The position numbers and the translations under genes are program-made. DNA of 64,000 nucleotides, taken from assembly GCA_040285855.1 (NCBI GenBank), contig JAUFOQ010000017.1:1426001-1490000 (forward strand), given 5' to 3'. The notes beneath the pieces were generated by a model. That model worked only from the letters and a program-made list of their open reading frames with translations, was not told the DNA's origin and searched no databases. This stretch comes from Eukaryota sp. GEM-RC1. Its lineage: Eukaryota. Shown in pieces: positions 36,039 through 48,359 of the stretch. Numbering within the stretch: the first letter of the stretch is position 1; each line of letters opens with the position of its first letter.

Positions 36039-37785
36039 TTACAACAAATTGTCTAGAACTTTAACTGGGCTAGTTTGATTTGAAGTAGATCCATTTCCAA
36101 CCTGACCATAGCCGTTATTACCCCAAACAAAGAGCTGTTTAGAGGAATTGATGGCAAGAGAGTGGTAATACCCAGCAGCACAAAACTCAACATTGTCTAG
36201 AACTTTAACTGGGCTGGTTTGATTTGAAGTAGATCCATTTCCAACCTGCCCTTCATTGTTCCTACCCCAAACAAAGAGCTGTTTAGAGGAATTGATAGCA
36301 AGAGAGTGGTGATACCCAGCAGCACAAAACTCAACATTGTCTAGAACTTTAACTGGGCTGGTTTGATTTGAAGTAGATCCATTTCCAACCTGACCATTGC
36401 CGTTATGACCCCAAACAAAGAGCTGTTTAGATGAATTGATAGCAAGAGAGTGGTGATACCCAGCAGCACAAAACTCAACATTGTCTAGAACTTTAACTGG
36501 GCTAGTTTGATTTGAAGTAGATCCATTTCCAACCTGACCTTCACTGTTCCTACCCCAAACAAAGAGCTGTTTAGAGGAATTGATAGCAAGAGAGTGGTTA
36601 TACCCAGCAGCACATACACCCAATCTTGGAGCTCCAACTATAGACCCTAGTACCAACTCTGTCATCACTTCCCGATTCACATGATCTCTACTACACGATT
36701 CCTCAATCGTGATGTTGTCTTTATTTCCAAATCTCAACATTGGGACCACCACAGCAAAAACAAAAGCATTCATGACCACGACCAAATCATCTCTTTTTCT
36801 CAAAGGTTTATCAATACAATCTAATAAAAAAATCAGCTGACAACAGTTCATGATTCAAATCTCTCAATGAAGCTTTAACTATTTCCACACTCCAACTCTC
36901 GTCATCCTCCAAAGCAGATACAACCAAGCACTTGCTGAGCCACTCTGACAGGATCTGAGAATAGCAAGAGGAGGGAATCAAAAGGGAGAAGGTTTCTGGT
37001 AACAAACTCATTACTGGTGGAGCATCATCTACTCTGGACATGATCTTAGTGATGGAGGAAGAAGTAGTTTCAGAATTGGGGCAATTATTTAAAACATTAA
37101 AGATTTGCAAGTCATCACGATCCTGTGCTTGAACCAACAAGTGACCAACCCACTCAGATGACGTCATGTTAGCTTTCAACAAGGAAAGAGTATGATTGAG
37201 GAAGGGCTCAACCAGGAAGTATCTAGCACATCGGAAGAACTGATAACAGTTGGAAGAGGTAAGAACCAAGGGATATCCGTAGAGTAGCTTGATAAAGGAA
37301 TGAAAAACATCAGTATCGACAGAGACGCTGGACAGGTCATAAACGGTTTCTTTTTGATCTGAAAAACCTGTAATGAAGCAGTTGTGAAAGTAACTTGATT
37401 GGGTGGCCAAGACAATTCTGTGGACATTTAAAGACAGATCGTTGTAGAGTAGGGTTTGATCGGAAAGCTTCTCAGTTGTGAATAATGTGTTGAGCACATC
37501 GGTTGATGAAAGCGTGAAGTGGAATGGATCGGAAGAGGAAATTGAAGCAAGAGCAAAGTTAGAATAAGTACTTGTGGGTGCTACTGAAACAGTGATCTCC
37601 TGTTCGTCAGAAAACGTGGTCAATGATAGTGATTTACGGTAAGCCTCGTCAGATGAGAAGTAGAGCAACCAACATTCGGAAGATTCATCATAAGAGGCCT
37701 CTGTGGCAGAGAAATGTTCCTCGATTGATGATTTAGCCGTGTCAGGAGACAGGCCTGAAACACTAGCAGCGTAAGTGAAAGTCAT
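36039..37785 (-). CDS. BTB/POZ-domain protein with C-terminal RCC1 repeats (one frameshift in a homopolymer at ~36825)
   Basis: BTB: SD..L......VHRIVLATQSSYF...F..GF. Four RCC1 repeats AAG..HSLAI....LFVWG.N..GQVG.G. Confidence 0.88.
36049..36612 (-). repeat. Four tandem 144-bp (48-aa) RCC1 units
   Basis: Unit starts at 36049, 36193, 36337 and 36481. Near-identical at DNA level. Confidence 0.97.
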
Positions 37786-37909
37786 TCAAATGCTGAAAAA
37801 TCGTGCAATGGAGAACGTTTTTCTACGTTTTACATGTAGCCTATTTACATTACATTATTTGGGTAAAGATTTGAAATTGTACAAAAATGGGTAAATTGTA
37901 GAGAGATGT

Positions 37910-38723
37910 TTATTCGGCACCCAATAAGGTAACCTTTCTACAAACTATGAAATTGTAAAAACAAACAAATAATACTAAGATTAAATCCAAACGACTTCAT
38001 CACCACCCGGTAAAAGATTACGTTTATTTACATGAACCTTCACACCAAACTTGTACAATTTCTCAATTAATCTAGAGAAATAGAAAGGCATATTCCGATA
38101 TATGGAAAACACTATACGGTTTTTCCATTCAGCCATTCTAAACTTACGCTTCTTTTCTTTACACAATTCTTCGAAATCCTTGAAAAATTGATCACCAGCA
38201 GGACTAATAGATCCAAAAAGAGAAACAGCAAAAGGTTGAAACACAAATTTGGAATATGAGTTTCTATTTAATTCTTCTACTTGAGAGTCATACTTGGTGT
38301 GTTTGAGCTTTTCAGCTGCTGTTAATGGATTAAAAGAAGAATCTAATATCCTACTAACACAAGATTTGTTACATACATCTACTGTAGTAAAATCCATTAA
38401 TGCTTGACTCGATTTAAGCCACGGAGTATGTAGATCCCCTCGTTTTTGATCAGTAAATTCATTTTCTGAAAGATGATTCAAAACTGGTTCAACTTTAGAG
38501 TGAAAACCATGTGCTTTAAACATGGAATAACAAGAATCACGTACACCATCATGAATTACTGCACGGAGATGAATAAAATAACGACAATTAATTAAATGAC
38601 GAAAAACACCATTAGCTCCACAAGAGCACGTTGAATAGTTTAATAAATTTGCAGGCCAAATAGCCAAACGAAGACGCATATTGATCATCCAAGCTTCATC
38701 AGATAGATGTAATCCATACACCT
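37910..38723 (-). mobile_element. 5'-truncated CRE family F3 copy with open zinc-finger/RLE frame
   Basis: 246-aa open frame with CSCG..HLINC, KRGD...MDFT and a 3' UTR also seen at ~58760-58815. Confidence 0.87.
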
Positions 38724-38769
38724 TTGTAAATTGTTAGTCCGCTTTACACTTTTTTTTACGTTTTTAATT

Positions 38770-39312
38770 TTTATTGACAACAACACTACAGTGTACATAC
38801 ATCTAATAATCAATATCCTCAAAGTCCAGATTGCCTATCTGGAAATTCTCACCTACCTTGTCCTCATAATGTCTGCCAAGAGATAATAAAGCGCTAGATA
38901 CAGAAGTCACCATACCTTTAAAGATAGCAAACACGATTCGACTTTTCCAAAATCTAAGATCAAAATTCCTAGATGTTTTTCCTTTTACAATCTTCACAAA
39001 GATTTCAAGTAATGATGTTGTAGATTCACCTAAAGAACCGTACAGTGAAAATACAAAAGGGTACAACAAGTAATTTGAGTGTGAAGGAGAATTCAATAAT
39101 TTCAATTTGGCACAATACTTTTCTTTTTTAAATTTTTCACCAATCAACAGGGGGTTTTTAGCATTAGATTTAGCAAGTTTCTTGTTGAAACCATTCCAAA
39201 CGTCGATAGACATAACATCAGCAATAATGAAAGAACCATCGAGAACAGGAAATATGACATCACCTCGGCTATTTCCAAACGATTTCTGCTTTACACTATC
39301 AACCAAACCCAA
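38770..39312 (-). mobile_element. Short 5'-truncated CRE family F1 copy
   Basis: Matches 1535-2070. Ends DFEDIDY. Confidence 0.9.
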
Positions 39313-39329
39313 TCAATGAGTATTCACAT

Positions 39330-39670
39330 GTGTTTACCGTTCGCTGTTTCTGTATTTGGATCAATCACTCTTGCAGGCGAACAAATTGTGAAATACTTTG
39401 AAGAACTCTGTGTATAATGTCTTAATGGAAAACTCTATTGAAAAACTGAAGGGGACAAAAGTACATATCAAAACCGTATTGTGGTTTCCGTTTTTCAGAA
39501 ATACATTTTTCTATTTCTCTCGATTAGTTGAGAAATTGTAGTTTGGTGTGAAGGTTACTGTTGATAAACGTAATCTTTTACCGGATAGGGTTGAAGTCGT
39601 TTGGTTTTAGTCTTAGTATTGTTTGTTTGTTTTTACAATTTCATGTTTTCGTTAGTAGGTTACCTTTTGA
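39330..39670 (+). mobile_element. Degenerate CRE family F3 3' end in opposite orientation
   Basis: PFAVSVFGSI...NRIVVSVF...KRNLLP..VEVVW plus matching 3' UTR. Confidence 0.7.
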
Positions 39671-39917
39671 CCAAATACATGTATAGCTTTTCGACTCAAT
39701 AGACTTTACAATACTAGTAATAGTGATTTTAGAAAAAATACTCTACAAAATAAATGTCTGACAAGAGATGTAGGAAAATACTAAAATTAAAGAACGTGAT
39801 CAAATGCTGACCACACGGAATAGAGATCTAATAAGTGACTGCCCAAATTGTACGTCACAAATATCAAAATAAGAAAAGGCTAAAAGCACTATAAATAAAT
39901 AATCAAAGTCTAGAACA

Positions 39918-40823
39918 TTAATCCTTAAAGAAATAACACTGTGCAAAATAAGACCAAATAGGGAAAGTATACGTGACAGGCAATGCATTAAACGTTCTCG
40001 CCTCAGCTTCCTCCAAAGTCATTGTACCTTGCGCCTTTCTCGCATAGTCAACGAACTGATTGGCAAAGAACTGAGCAACAAGAACAGAAGTTTTACCGTG
40101 AGGAACTGATTGGGTTGGATCATACTCAAACAGAACTTTCTCAGGATGCCATTGAACAGCGAAGAACGGAAGAAGTTTGTGTTCAAAGGTAGAAACGAAA
40201 CGTTTGCCTTGTCGATCTTTATTCTCACTGACTAGAACGTAGTTCTCACTCATCCCCGACTTCTGAAACTCTCTTACTGACACCCCGTAACCATGGTTGT
40301 TGAAGGTAACATTGAGACGTTGGAGATCGCGGAGTAGTTGAGGATCTAAACCAGCTAGGATTCGGGAGGAAAAACCTTGAGGAGAAATGTCTAGAGGGAG
40401 GGCGATGTCGTTACTGTCAAATCGTTCCAGTTCAACACCCTCACAGACAGCCATTTGTTCAAAGCCTAGACAAGTACCGAAAAGAGCAAATGGTCTGTGC
40501 TTGTTGATGGCAATGGCTTCTTGGTAGATTGAGCAAACTACTTCTGGAAGATTACCAAAGTTAAGACCTCCTGGGAGTAGGATTCCATCTAGTTTAGACA
40601 TGAGTTGACGTATTTCAGACATTGGAGAAGAGAACTGGACAGGAACTGTTCTAGCTCCAGCGAAGTCGATCCATTTGACATAGGATGCAGCAATGTAACG
40701 TTCACCATAAGATTCCAATGCTGTGGGAGTTGGATGAGCTAAAATGCCAACAACGGGAAAGGGTTTGCAGAGGCAAAGAGAAAAGAAAGAAAGAAAGATG
40801 ATCAAGGATGATCGTACAGACAT
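39918..40823 (-). CDS. GGH: Gamma-glutamyl hydrolase (peptidase C26) with signal peptide
   Basis: PVVGILA, YIAASYVKW, DGILLPGG, catalytic GTCLGFE, NNH and VQWHPEK motifs. Confidence 0.95.
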   Translation of the reverse strand: MSVRSSLIIFLSFFSLCLCKPFPVVGILAHPTPTALESYGERYIAASYVKWIDFAGARTVPVQFSSPMSEIRQLMSKLDGILLPGGLNFGNLPEVVCSIYQEAIAINKHRPFALFGTCLGFEQMAVCEGVELERFDSNDIALPLDISPQGFSSRILAGLDPQLLRDLQRLNVTFNNHGYGVSVREFQKSGMSENYVLVSENKDRQGKRFVSTFEHKLLPFFAVQWHPEKVLFEYDPTQSVPHGKTSVLVAQFFANQFVDYARKAQGTMTLEEAEARTFNALPVTYTFPIWSYFAQCYFFKD

Positions 40824-41289
40824 TAGAGGTGTTGGTTAAGAAATTTGATTCTGTTCCCAATTACATGCAGACTATTTGCTTTTGGGACACTTATTTCTGA
40901 AGAGCACCTCTATGTGTAGCTTCTCTTTGGAACAAATACTCCCATTGTGATACTTCATTGTTACATAGATGTTTTCCTACTCAATCATTTCCTCAATTGA
41001 TGCTTCTTTCCTCCTTCTATTAAAAGTTTTAAAACACAATTTCATCAATATTGAGATCATGTGAAATATTTAAAAAGGAACAATAGAACACGTCTAACTG
41101 CAGCTCTCAATGCATAAATATATGTGATTAAATGTTTACCCCTTACACAACATAAAAAGCAATCTTGGAAGTATTAAAGTAGCAAAGAATGTCTTTGAAG
41201 TCTGTTCTAAATGATGGCGCGATAGAAACGTCATCTATTGTTGTACATTTTTATGATCAATAAAAATACTCTCGTGGTAGTATGTTGAA

Positions 41290-41885
41290 CTAAGCCTTTT
41301 GCTCTAAAGAGTGTTGAATTAGTATGAGATCCTGGGCAATCTCTCCATCAGTTACAATCTGGTTAAGTGACAGTCCAGACTTCCTTTTCACAGGATTAAT
41401 GGCTTCCTTCCTCTTCTTTCTTAACTGCCTGGGCTCCTCTGCTATCAGTGGACAATGAATGCATACCATACGTTGTAATGTTCGCTATTTCAGAAGATAA
41501 CTGAGAATGTTTGTTTCGGAGTTTCTGTAACAAATCGTTTTGAGCTTCTTCCTTTCCGCTCTTTAATAAGAAGAGATGAAATCAAACCTCAAATTGATCA
41601 TTTAAGCTTTTAACTTCTGCGCTATGTTGGGCAGAGACTACTTGAATCATGTATTGCTTGTGTTGTTCAGCGTTGGCGATTTTTTCATCGCGACGAGCCA
41701 GTAATACTTCGAGTTCTGATTTATAGTCTGGATGTTCCCCTGGTGTTAAGACTATGGAGAGTGAAGAAACCTTTGAGAAGAAGGTCGATTTCAGCATCAA
41801 GATCATCAAGACGTTTTTGAAAGAGTTGCTTTTGATGTTCACCAAATTTGGTGTCAGTATCAGGTACAGAGAGTGGTGATTCCAT
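41290..41885 (-). CDS. Sds3/BRMS1-like Sin3-HDAC complex subunit, 4 exons
   Basis: Removing GT-AG introns 41740-41770, 41561-41587 and 41442-41466 gives one ORF: MESP...KRLDDLDAEIDLLLKGEHPDY...RRDEKI...EIAQDL. Confidence 0.75.
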
Positions 41886-42297
41886 AAGTACTGTATATGT
41901 AGGGAGAGAGTTTGTGAGAAAATTGATTCTTTGAGCTAAATTGAGTCAAACTCAGTTTGCTGACAAAAACTCTTGAGCCAAAACTTTTTTTAACGTGTGA
42001 ACTTCGTTTAGGTGGAATCAGTACAAACAACTTGATGCTTTATTTTGGATGATAAACAAGGAAAAGCCATGAGATCTGAGTTAGAGGTATATCTTAACTC
42101 ACACGAACATCAGAAGAAGAAGAAAAAACAGAATCGTTTCATTAATAAATTAAACACACTTTGAAAGACCAACTCAGAGAAAGAGAGTCCTACAAAAAAT
42201 ATACAAAAAGACAGGACACAACAGAAAACGTGGTGACTACAAAGACTAAACCTATAAGAAGGAAGGATGGTTGCTGTCCGAAGAGAGCAAGTGAAGG

Positions 42298-42657
42298 TTA
42301 TATAGTAAGGACGGGGATGGACATGTTATATCTGAGGCACTTTGCGTACTTAATCTTCGCTAGCCGATGGTTTTGGCAGTTGAAGCATGGAAAACACAGG
42401 GACGCAGCTAAGCAATCAGAACATGGTGTATATACAGCGTTCATTTCAGTTCGCAGTTGTTGTCTAAAGGCATATTGTGTACAAGGAGAAGAACAAAGAC
42501 AGTCACACAGAGTCAGGGGACGATCATCGTGAAGAGAGTGATTCTGAGCAGCAAGGGCACATGGACATAAACACCCTAGAAGCCACCCGTCTCCAGTGAA
42601 ACATCCAAAAAGTTTTTCGGGTAGAGACATTTGTTGTAGATCAAAACTTAATGACAT
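42298..42657 (-). CDS. PLAC8/cornifelin-family cysteine-rich protein
   Basis: LFGCF...CLCPC...R..LR...DCL...CFPC..CQ pattern. Confidence 0.85.
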   Translation of the reverse strand: MSLSFDLQQMSLPEKLFGCFTGDGWLLGCLCPCALAAQNHSLHDDRPLTLCDCLCSSPCTQYAFRQQLRTEMNAVYTPCSDCLAASLCFPCFNCQNHRLAKIKYAKCLRYNMSIPVLTI

Positions 42658-42855
42658 TGTTTCTCAACATATCAATCAAATTTGGTTAGCTATTGTTTTC
42701 GTCACGATGATCTACAAACCAAAAAGGCAGAGAAACATGTATTGTATATTGTACACAAACTGTTCATTGGTAATTTACACACATCTACACACAGTAAAAT
42801 AATTGATACAATAAATAACATCAACAAAAACAGCACAATCATTATACGTGTAGCA

Positions 42856-44388
42856 CTAAAGTCCATAAAAGTGCTGTTCCAATTGTTCTTTCATACTAAT
42901 AACATCTGCATCCAAAGGATTATACTCAAATGCTAGCATAATATACTTAAAAGCCTGCTGAAAATCACCATTTTTTGTGTGTAACAAAGCATAAGCATAG
43001 TAAGGTTCGAAATTCTGTGGTCCCAAAGAACACGCGTGTTTTAAACTACTCCTGGCTTCTTCCAACGACTCCTGCTTCATCTCAATGTAAGAAAGATTAG
43101 TAAGAGCTTCGATATGATTAGGATTAAACGACAATGCTAACTTTAAAGATTGAAACGCAACAGTCATATCACCAACAGCAATGGCAACATGGGAAATGTT
43201 ATACCACACCTCTGACAGTATTTCATCATCAGCATTACCATTCAAAGATCTTAACAGACAGTTCAAAGCTATATCGTACTGACCAGAGTAGAAAGCAGAT
43301 ATACCTAGATTAGACCACAGCTCTGTTGAAAAGACTCCAAAGTCTAATAACCTCTTGTATAACCGCAGAGCAGTTTCAGGTTGGTCGTCGTAGAAGGAGC
43401 CGACAGCTAGGCAAGCTGTTGCTTCTATATTTGAAGGATCTATTTTTAGAATGTTACGGTATATGGGTGTTGATTTGTCTAGATTATTCAGTTGATCATG
43501 AATTCTGGCGATTTGAATTAAACACGGGACTGACTTGGAATACCGTTGAGAAAAAGAATTCAAAAGATTCAGAGCAGTATTTGGTACATCTAATTTTAAA
43601 TAAACCAAAGAAAGGTCCAAAAGGCACGTCATCATTTCCTGTTTTCTTAGAGAAGTCAAGTATCGGGTTTCAGCATCTTTAAATAACCCTAATTGATAGA
43701 AACATCTGCCTAGCTTATAAGACCAAAACCATTCGTCTTTAAAGGCTTTTCTTGTTGAATCTTCAAGAAAAACGTTACACAGTTCTTGCGCACGTCCTGG
43801 TAAATGCTCAACAATCAGTAAGTAATCAACTAAAACCTTGGCTAAAGAAGGATGTGACAAGTACTTTGGATAATTGAGATGTTCTGAGTCAATGAATTTG
43901 CCGGCAGAAAAGACCGAGGCAGTTCCAAGTCGAACTAAACGTCCAGCTTGAGTTACTGGTTTAGAAGTTCCTGGTCTCGAAGTCAAGGCTTGTTTAGCAG
44001 TCATAGTACGAGCAGTAGAGGTAGTAGTGGGACGAGAAGTGCCAGGACGAACAAAGCCAGTAACTGGACGGCCAGTGCCAGTCATAGGACGACTACTACG
44101 TGAAGAGTTGGCCGAGGTGGTGGTAGGACGTGAGAAGGAGGTACCAGGTCGAGGAGCATCTGAAGTAGCGTTAGAGTCAAGTAGAAGGTCGGCAATGCCA
44201 TCGTCATCCATATCCATTGTGTCTAGGTAGTTTTTAGAAACTAATGACTTGCATTTGAGAAACCACGCAGCTTGGTCACGAGGATTGCGTTGGAGGAGGA
44301 GAGAGCAAGAATCGATAGATGAATCGAACTTTTGATGTCTGTAACGAAGCATGCCAAGAAAAAGAGGGTCTACAGCAGAATTTTCCAT
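42856..44388 (-). CDS. BBS8: Bardet-Biedl syndrome 8 / TTC8 (BBSome TPR subunit)
   Basis: P.DQAAWFLK, PRPGTS, RP.T..GRP.TGF.RPGT, GRLVRLGTAS, YDDQPE.ALR.Y.RLL and TPR repeats. Confidence 0.96.
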   Translation of the reverse strand: MENSAVDPLFLGMLRYRHQKFDSSIDSCSLLLQRNPRDQAAWFLKCKSLVSKNYLDTMDMDDDGIADLLLDSNATSDAPRPGTSFSRPTTTSANSSRSSRPMTGTGRPVTGFVRPGTSRPTTTSTARTMTAKQALTSRPGTSKPVTQAGRLVRLGTASVFSAGKFIDSEHLNYPKYLSHPSLAKVLVDYLLIVEHLPGRAQELCNVFLEDSTRKAFKDEWFWSYKLGRCFYQLGLFKDAETRYLTSLRKQEMMTCLLDLSLVYLKLDVPNTALNLLNSFSQRYSKSVPCLIQIARIHDQLNNLDKSTPIYRNILKIDPSNIEATACLAVGSFYDDQPETALRLYKRLLDFGVFSTELWSNLGISAFYSGQYDIALNCLLRSLNGNADDEILSEVWYNISHVAIAVGDMTVAFQSLKLALSFNPNHIEALTNLSYIEMKQESLEEARSSLKHACSLGPQNFEPYYAYALLHTKNGDFQQAFKYIMLAFEYNPLDADVISMKEQLEQHFYGL

Positions 44389-44461
44389 TAGATGTAGGTG
44401 AAAAGAGAAGGAAGGAGAGACAACAGTTAGAGTAGAGAAGACCTATCAAATGATCTGAAAG

Positions 44462-45349
44462 TTGAGCAGACTCCCTTCTATAGTAGACTACTTTATGGCT
44501 GATACATTACCTCTCAACCCCACGGGTCAAACTCTTCTAAATACTCATGGTCACCAACACCTGTTGAATTGTTCTTTGTCTGAAATATGTACTCCATCTC
44601 TTCCTACCACTTTTTCTGATTCACTTTCTCTTCTTAGTACTTCTATTGTGGTAGAACTACTTAATTTTCCTGTAAATGCTTCCGAGTCTAAAGAAGATGC
44701 TCGAAATGTGTCTTCGTCTCTCGTTAAACCAACTGCCGTTCTTAGATGTACTATCACTGATGGATTTTCCAATTTCCTTGCTATGAATATCATTGAAATT
44801 CCTGGATTTCATCTGAATCTCTTACCTGGCACAAAACTATTAGTCAAAAAACCACAATTTATTAACAAAGTTCTCATTCTGGATTCTTCCACAACAGTTC
44901 TAGGTGGCCGTGTCCCTCATTTTGTTGAGAAATACGCAGGAATCTCAAGAGAAGAACGTTTCCGTCAAATGAAGTACTTACAGTCCACCACTGACTCCAA
45001 AAGACCTCTGTTTGAGCCCATACCAACAATGACTTCGAGGCCAACTAAAGTTCCAGCTAAGACTCCTGTGAAAGCTAAGGAGGTAGCTCGAAATAGAGGG
45101 AATCAAGATGCTCAAAAAGATAGACCAAAGACAGCTCCTAACAGGCCTAAGACAGCATCAAAGCCACAGCATAAACATAAGAGTAGGGGTGGTAACAGGG
45201 GTCGACAAGAGGTTCATCAACAAGCAAAGGAGGTGCAGGGAACTTCTTCTCCTTCCACTACAACTACAACCACTTCCGTTGGACCTAACTCCAATACTCA
45301 GTCCAAACCTCCGGTGCGAAAGTTTCAACGAAAGAAAGTAGCTGATTGA
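44462..45349 (+). CDS. RMI1/TDRD3-like N-terminal OB-fold protein with basic disordered tail
   Basis: LR..ITDG.....A......P.....LPGTKLL...L.L......VLGG.V motif. First ATG at 44495. Confidence 0.8.
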   Translation: MSRLPSIVDYFMADTLPLNPTGQTLLNTHGHQHLLNCSLSEICTPSLPTTFSDSLSLLSTSIVVELLNFPVNASESKEDARNVSSSLVKPTAVLRCTITDGFSNFLAMNIIEIPGFHLNLLPGTKLLVKKPQFINKVLILDSSTTVLGGRVPHFVEKYAGISREERFRQMKYLQSTTDSKRPLFEPIPTMTSRPTKVPAKTPVKAKEVARNRGNQDAQKDRPKTAPNRPKTASKPQHKHKSRGGNRGRQEVHQQAKEVQGTSSPSTTTTTTSVGPNSNTQSKPPVRKFQRKKVAD

Positions 45350-46469
45350 TTACTGTTCAAGTAATAGTTATTAGAGAGGATCTCGTCTTTTGAAGGAGAC
45401 TTTTTGGTTTGTTGTTGTTTGTGTATTTAGTTGATAGTGTAACTTTAGTCTAGGTGTTGTTTGTGTTTAGAAGTTGAGATAATTTATGTATACATCATGC
45501 AAACTACCATTTCACTGTAATCTTGGGCTTAAATAGAAACTATGAACGTCACAACACACTACAACACTCTGGATAAGGTCTTCCGTTGGTTCAAGTTGAC
45601 AGAGAATAGTACAAAGGAAGGCAGTCAACGTAGTTGAAACGAAACACGGGTGAGGGTTCTTCTTGGTGACGAGCCTTCTTAAACCGGTATGAGTCATTAG
45701 TCCTGCGCTTCAGATTGGGATAAATATCTTGAGGCATTGGAGTTGAAGAAGTGCAGGTAAAATTGTGGTCTGCGCACTTTTCTCCAATTTTCGTCCTGGA
45801 CATTTGTTTCTCCACGGAGTTCTGTAATTCATGCATTGTAAGCAGGTTATTGAAAGGCATGAATTTCTCTCAAAAGCTACTGTGAACAACACTCTACTCT
45901 GTGGTCTTTCATTGTTATTGACTTTTCTCCTAGTCATCAAGGAACTATCCCGTCATAAACTGTCTGACAGTCTAACCCATCTTTTACAATGTGTTTGATC
46001 TTTTGATGAAGTGAACTTTTCAAAAGTATAGTGAACTATATCAAAAATATTGAAGGAATGTGATCCAACTGCAAAATCCAGATGGATTTGAACATTCCGA
46101 TGAGGGTGTACAAGTGAGACCATGGGTAAATACACCACATATAAAATTGTTCATTTTAAGATGAGATGTTGTGTTCTCATTCCTTCTTTTAATTTCCTGT
46201 GCAGCTACATCTTCTCCTATGAACTATAAATCTGGATCATATATTTTAGCATCGTCTCTTTTAACATAGCAAAAGTAGACAAGGTTTCTATTCCAGGTAG
46301 TCTCTAATAGTTTCATTAAATCACTGTCCTTAAATTCAAAAACTGTCTTTATAAAAATGCCTTTTGCAATTATCTACAGTACAAGAGTCAACCTTGAGGA
46401 TCATAGCCACGGTGGATTGCCATAAAAGATATCACATCTACTAGTAAGACTGTTGACACAAAACAGAAG

Positions 46470-47380
46470 ATTAGTCTAACATCTCTCAGATATCTCAGAC
46501 AAAAATTCTAGGAAACATTGAGACCAAACATCAAAAGGTAATTTGATTAACGCTCCTTTCGTTTAAGTCAAATAAATATTTACACGAACTGGGGTTAATA
46601 GGTGAGATCTCATTGGGAAATCGATTAACAAATTCAAAAATGAATTTTTTCTGCCCAGAAAAAAAGCAGATTTGCAAAGAATTGACGATTTGGTAAAACC
46701 AAAAATGAACCAAAATGAACAGCAGTAGACAAATGACTTCTTAGTAACGTTGAATCAACTTCTAACAATGAAGCAAAAAATTAACCCTCATCTCGTTAAA
46801 AGATCTACAAAAGTTCAGAGCGATCGAAGGAGCAGTAGATCTCCAAAGATGTGTGATTTTTCCGGAGTAACAAATTTTTAAAATAAAAAAACTTAATTTG
46901 TTTTTCAATATCATATGAAGGAAAGTGTGTTGAGTTCTGAACTAATTTTTTCCAAACATTTAGATAATTCTTGAGAAATTTTAGGAACATTCCCAAGCCA
47001 ACATCCTAGAAAGCGAAAAGCTTCTTCAACATAATTGATAAATGGAATCTGAACTCCATTAATGAATAATTCTTGTGTAGATCTACCAATTAATCAACAT
47101 TTGTCTGGGTTCAGTCATAAACCTAACGTTCCATAAATATCAGTAACTTCCACAGCGACCTTTTTGACAATTCAAGGGGATTAATAACATAAATATCATA
47201 CATATAGCCAACTATCTTAAGGTCTGGGCACCCTTTTTAAAATACACAAAAGCGAATCATGAATAGACAAACAAAAAGAATGAGGACCAAGAGGATCTCC
47301 TTGATTAACCACAGACATAGATTTCAATGAATATGAATCAAAAATTAAATCGCTTGGCTTTCCATTAAAGAAAGGTAGTT
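46470..47380 (-). mobile_element. Degenerate internal fragment of CRE family F1 (RT to post-RT)
   Basis: Aligns with 8252-8690 and 2480-2944. QGDPLGP retained. Confidence 0.85.
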
Positions 47381-47678
47381 GAACTGAGCATAAATAATAT
47401 TGATCGTGCAATTAGAATTACTCTTATTAAACAGGAAATTCTTATTAATCTGTCAATCAATTGGTTCCACAAATACATTGACCGGAGACAGCATTGATAC
47501 GAATGCAAATAACTGAACTAAACTCTACCCAACACCTGCAAAGCAACACAATGCGGAAATATTCAACATAGATTCATCAACACCCTTCTTCCCTAGGTCT
47601 TCAGTTGAATATTTAGCAGCTTCAAAAGACACATCATTACACTGGAATTAATTTTTGTGTGTGTCATTTTTTGACTTA

Positions 47679-48131
47679 ATGACTCCTATTGTTTCGGCTG
47701 ATGCTTGGCGTGTTCTTGTCACAGAAATTGTCAATGAATTTGGTGAGGACTGCTTCAATCTTGGATTCGATATCGGCCTTAAGATCGCTGAGTTCCTTTC
47801 CTATAAGTTTCCCTTCCACCTTGATGAGCTGTCTCTCAAACTAAAGATGGTTTCAACAGAACTATGGTCTCGCATCTTCATCAATGAACCCCTTACTCAA
47901 CTACCATCTCCTGCACCTTCATGTGTTATTTGGGAATCAGCAGAACTTCATTGGCTAAAACCTCTGCCTTGTGACTCTCATGAACCTCTTCCTGCTGCTA
48001 TTAATACTGCACATTTCTTTGCAGGTATACTACAAGGAGGTCTGAAAGCCTTTGGGGTGGAAGCTACGGTTTCTGCTAATCTGGATAAAATTCCTGTGTG
48101 CAAGTTTGTGTGTGTTTTGGACGCAATGTAA
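47679..48131 (+). CDS. TRAPPC6: TRAPP complex subunit Trs33/TRAPPC6 (Bet3 family)
   Basis: GF.IG..IAE, ELW..IF and F.AGILQGGL..FGV...VSA....P.CKF motifs. Confidence 0.8.
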   Translation: MTPIVSADAWRVLVTEIVNEFGEDCFNLGFDIGLKIAEFLSYKFPFHLDELSLKLKMVSTELWSRIFINEPLTQLPSPAPSCVIWESAELHWLKPLPCDSHEPLPAAINTAHFFAGILQGGLKAFGVEATVSANLDKIPVCKFVCVLDAM

Positions 48132-48359
48132 TCAAATTGTTGCTTGTTGTGTATTTGCCTTTTGATCAACACTTTAGTTGTTTCTGTACATTGATTTTCC
48201 TTCTAGTTGTTTATATGTAGTTCTGTATTTTTTAAAAACTGTCCATTTCAATTTGAATGGTTAAAGATACAAAATGGATGTAATAAATGAAAACAATTAA
48301 ACTACACATGGACATGCAATTGAGCAAAAATAAGAAGAAAGATTGAGCTAATCACATGT

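Noticed and set aside
36049..36612. RCC1 repeat variation as a diversity-generating retroelement or CRISPR-like array
   Set aside because: Changes are not restricted to adenines, there is no separate template repeat or DGR-type RT, and the units are contiguous coding repeats with no spacers.
45512..46380. Cys-rich short ORFs, possibly a decayed gene
   Set aside because: Too fragmented to assign a family by eye.
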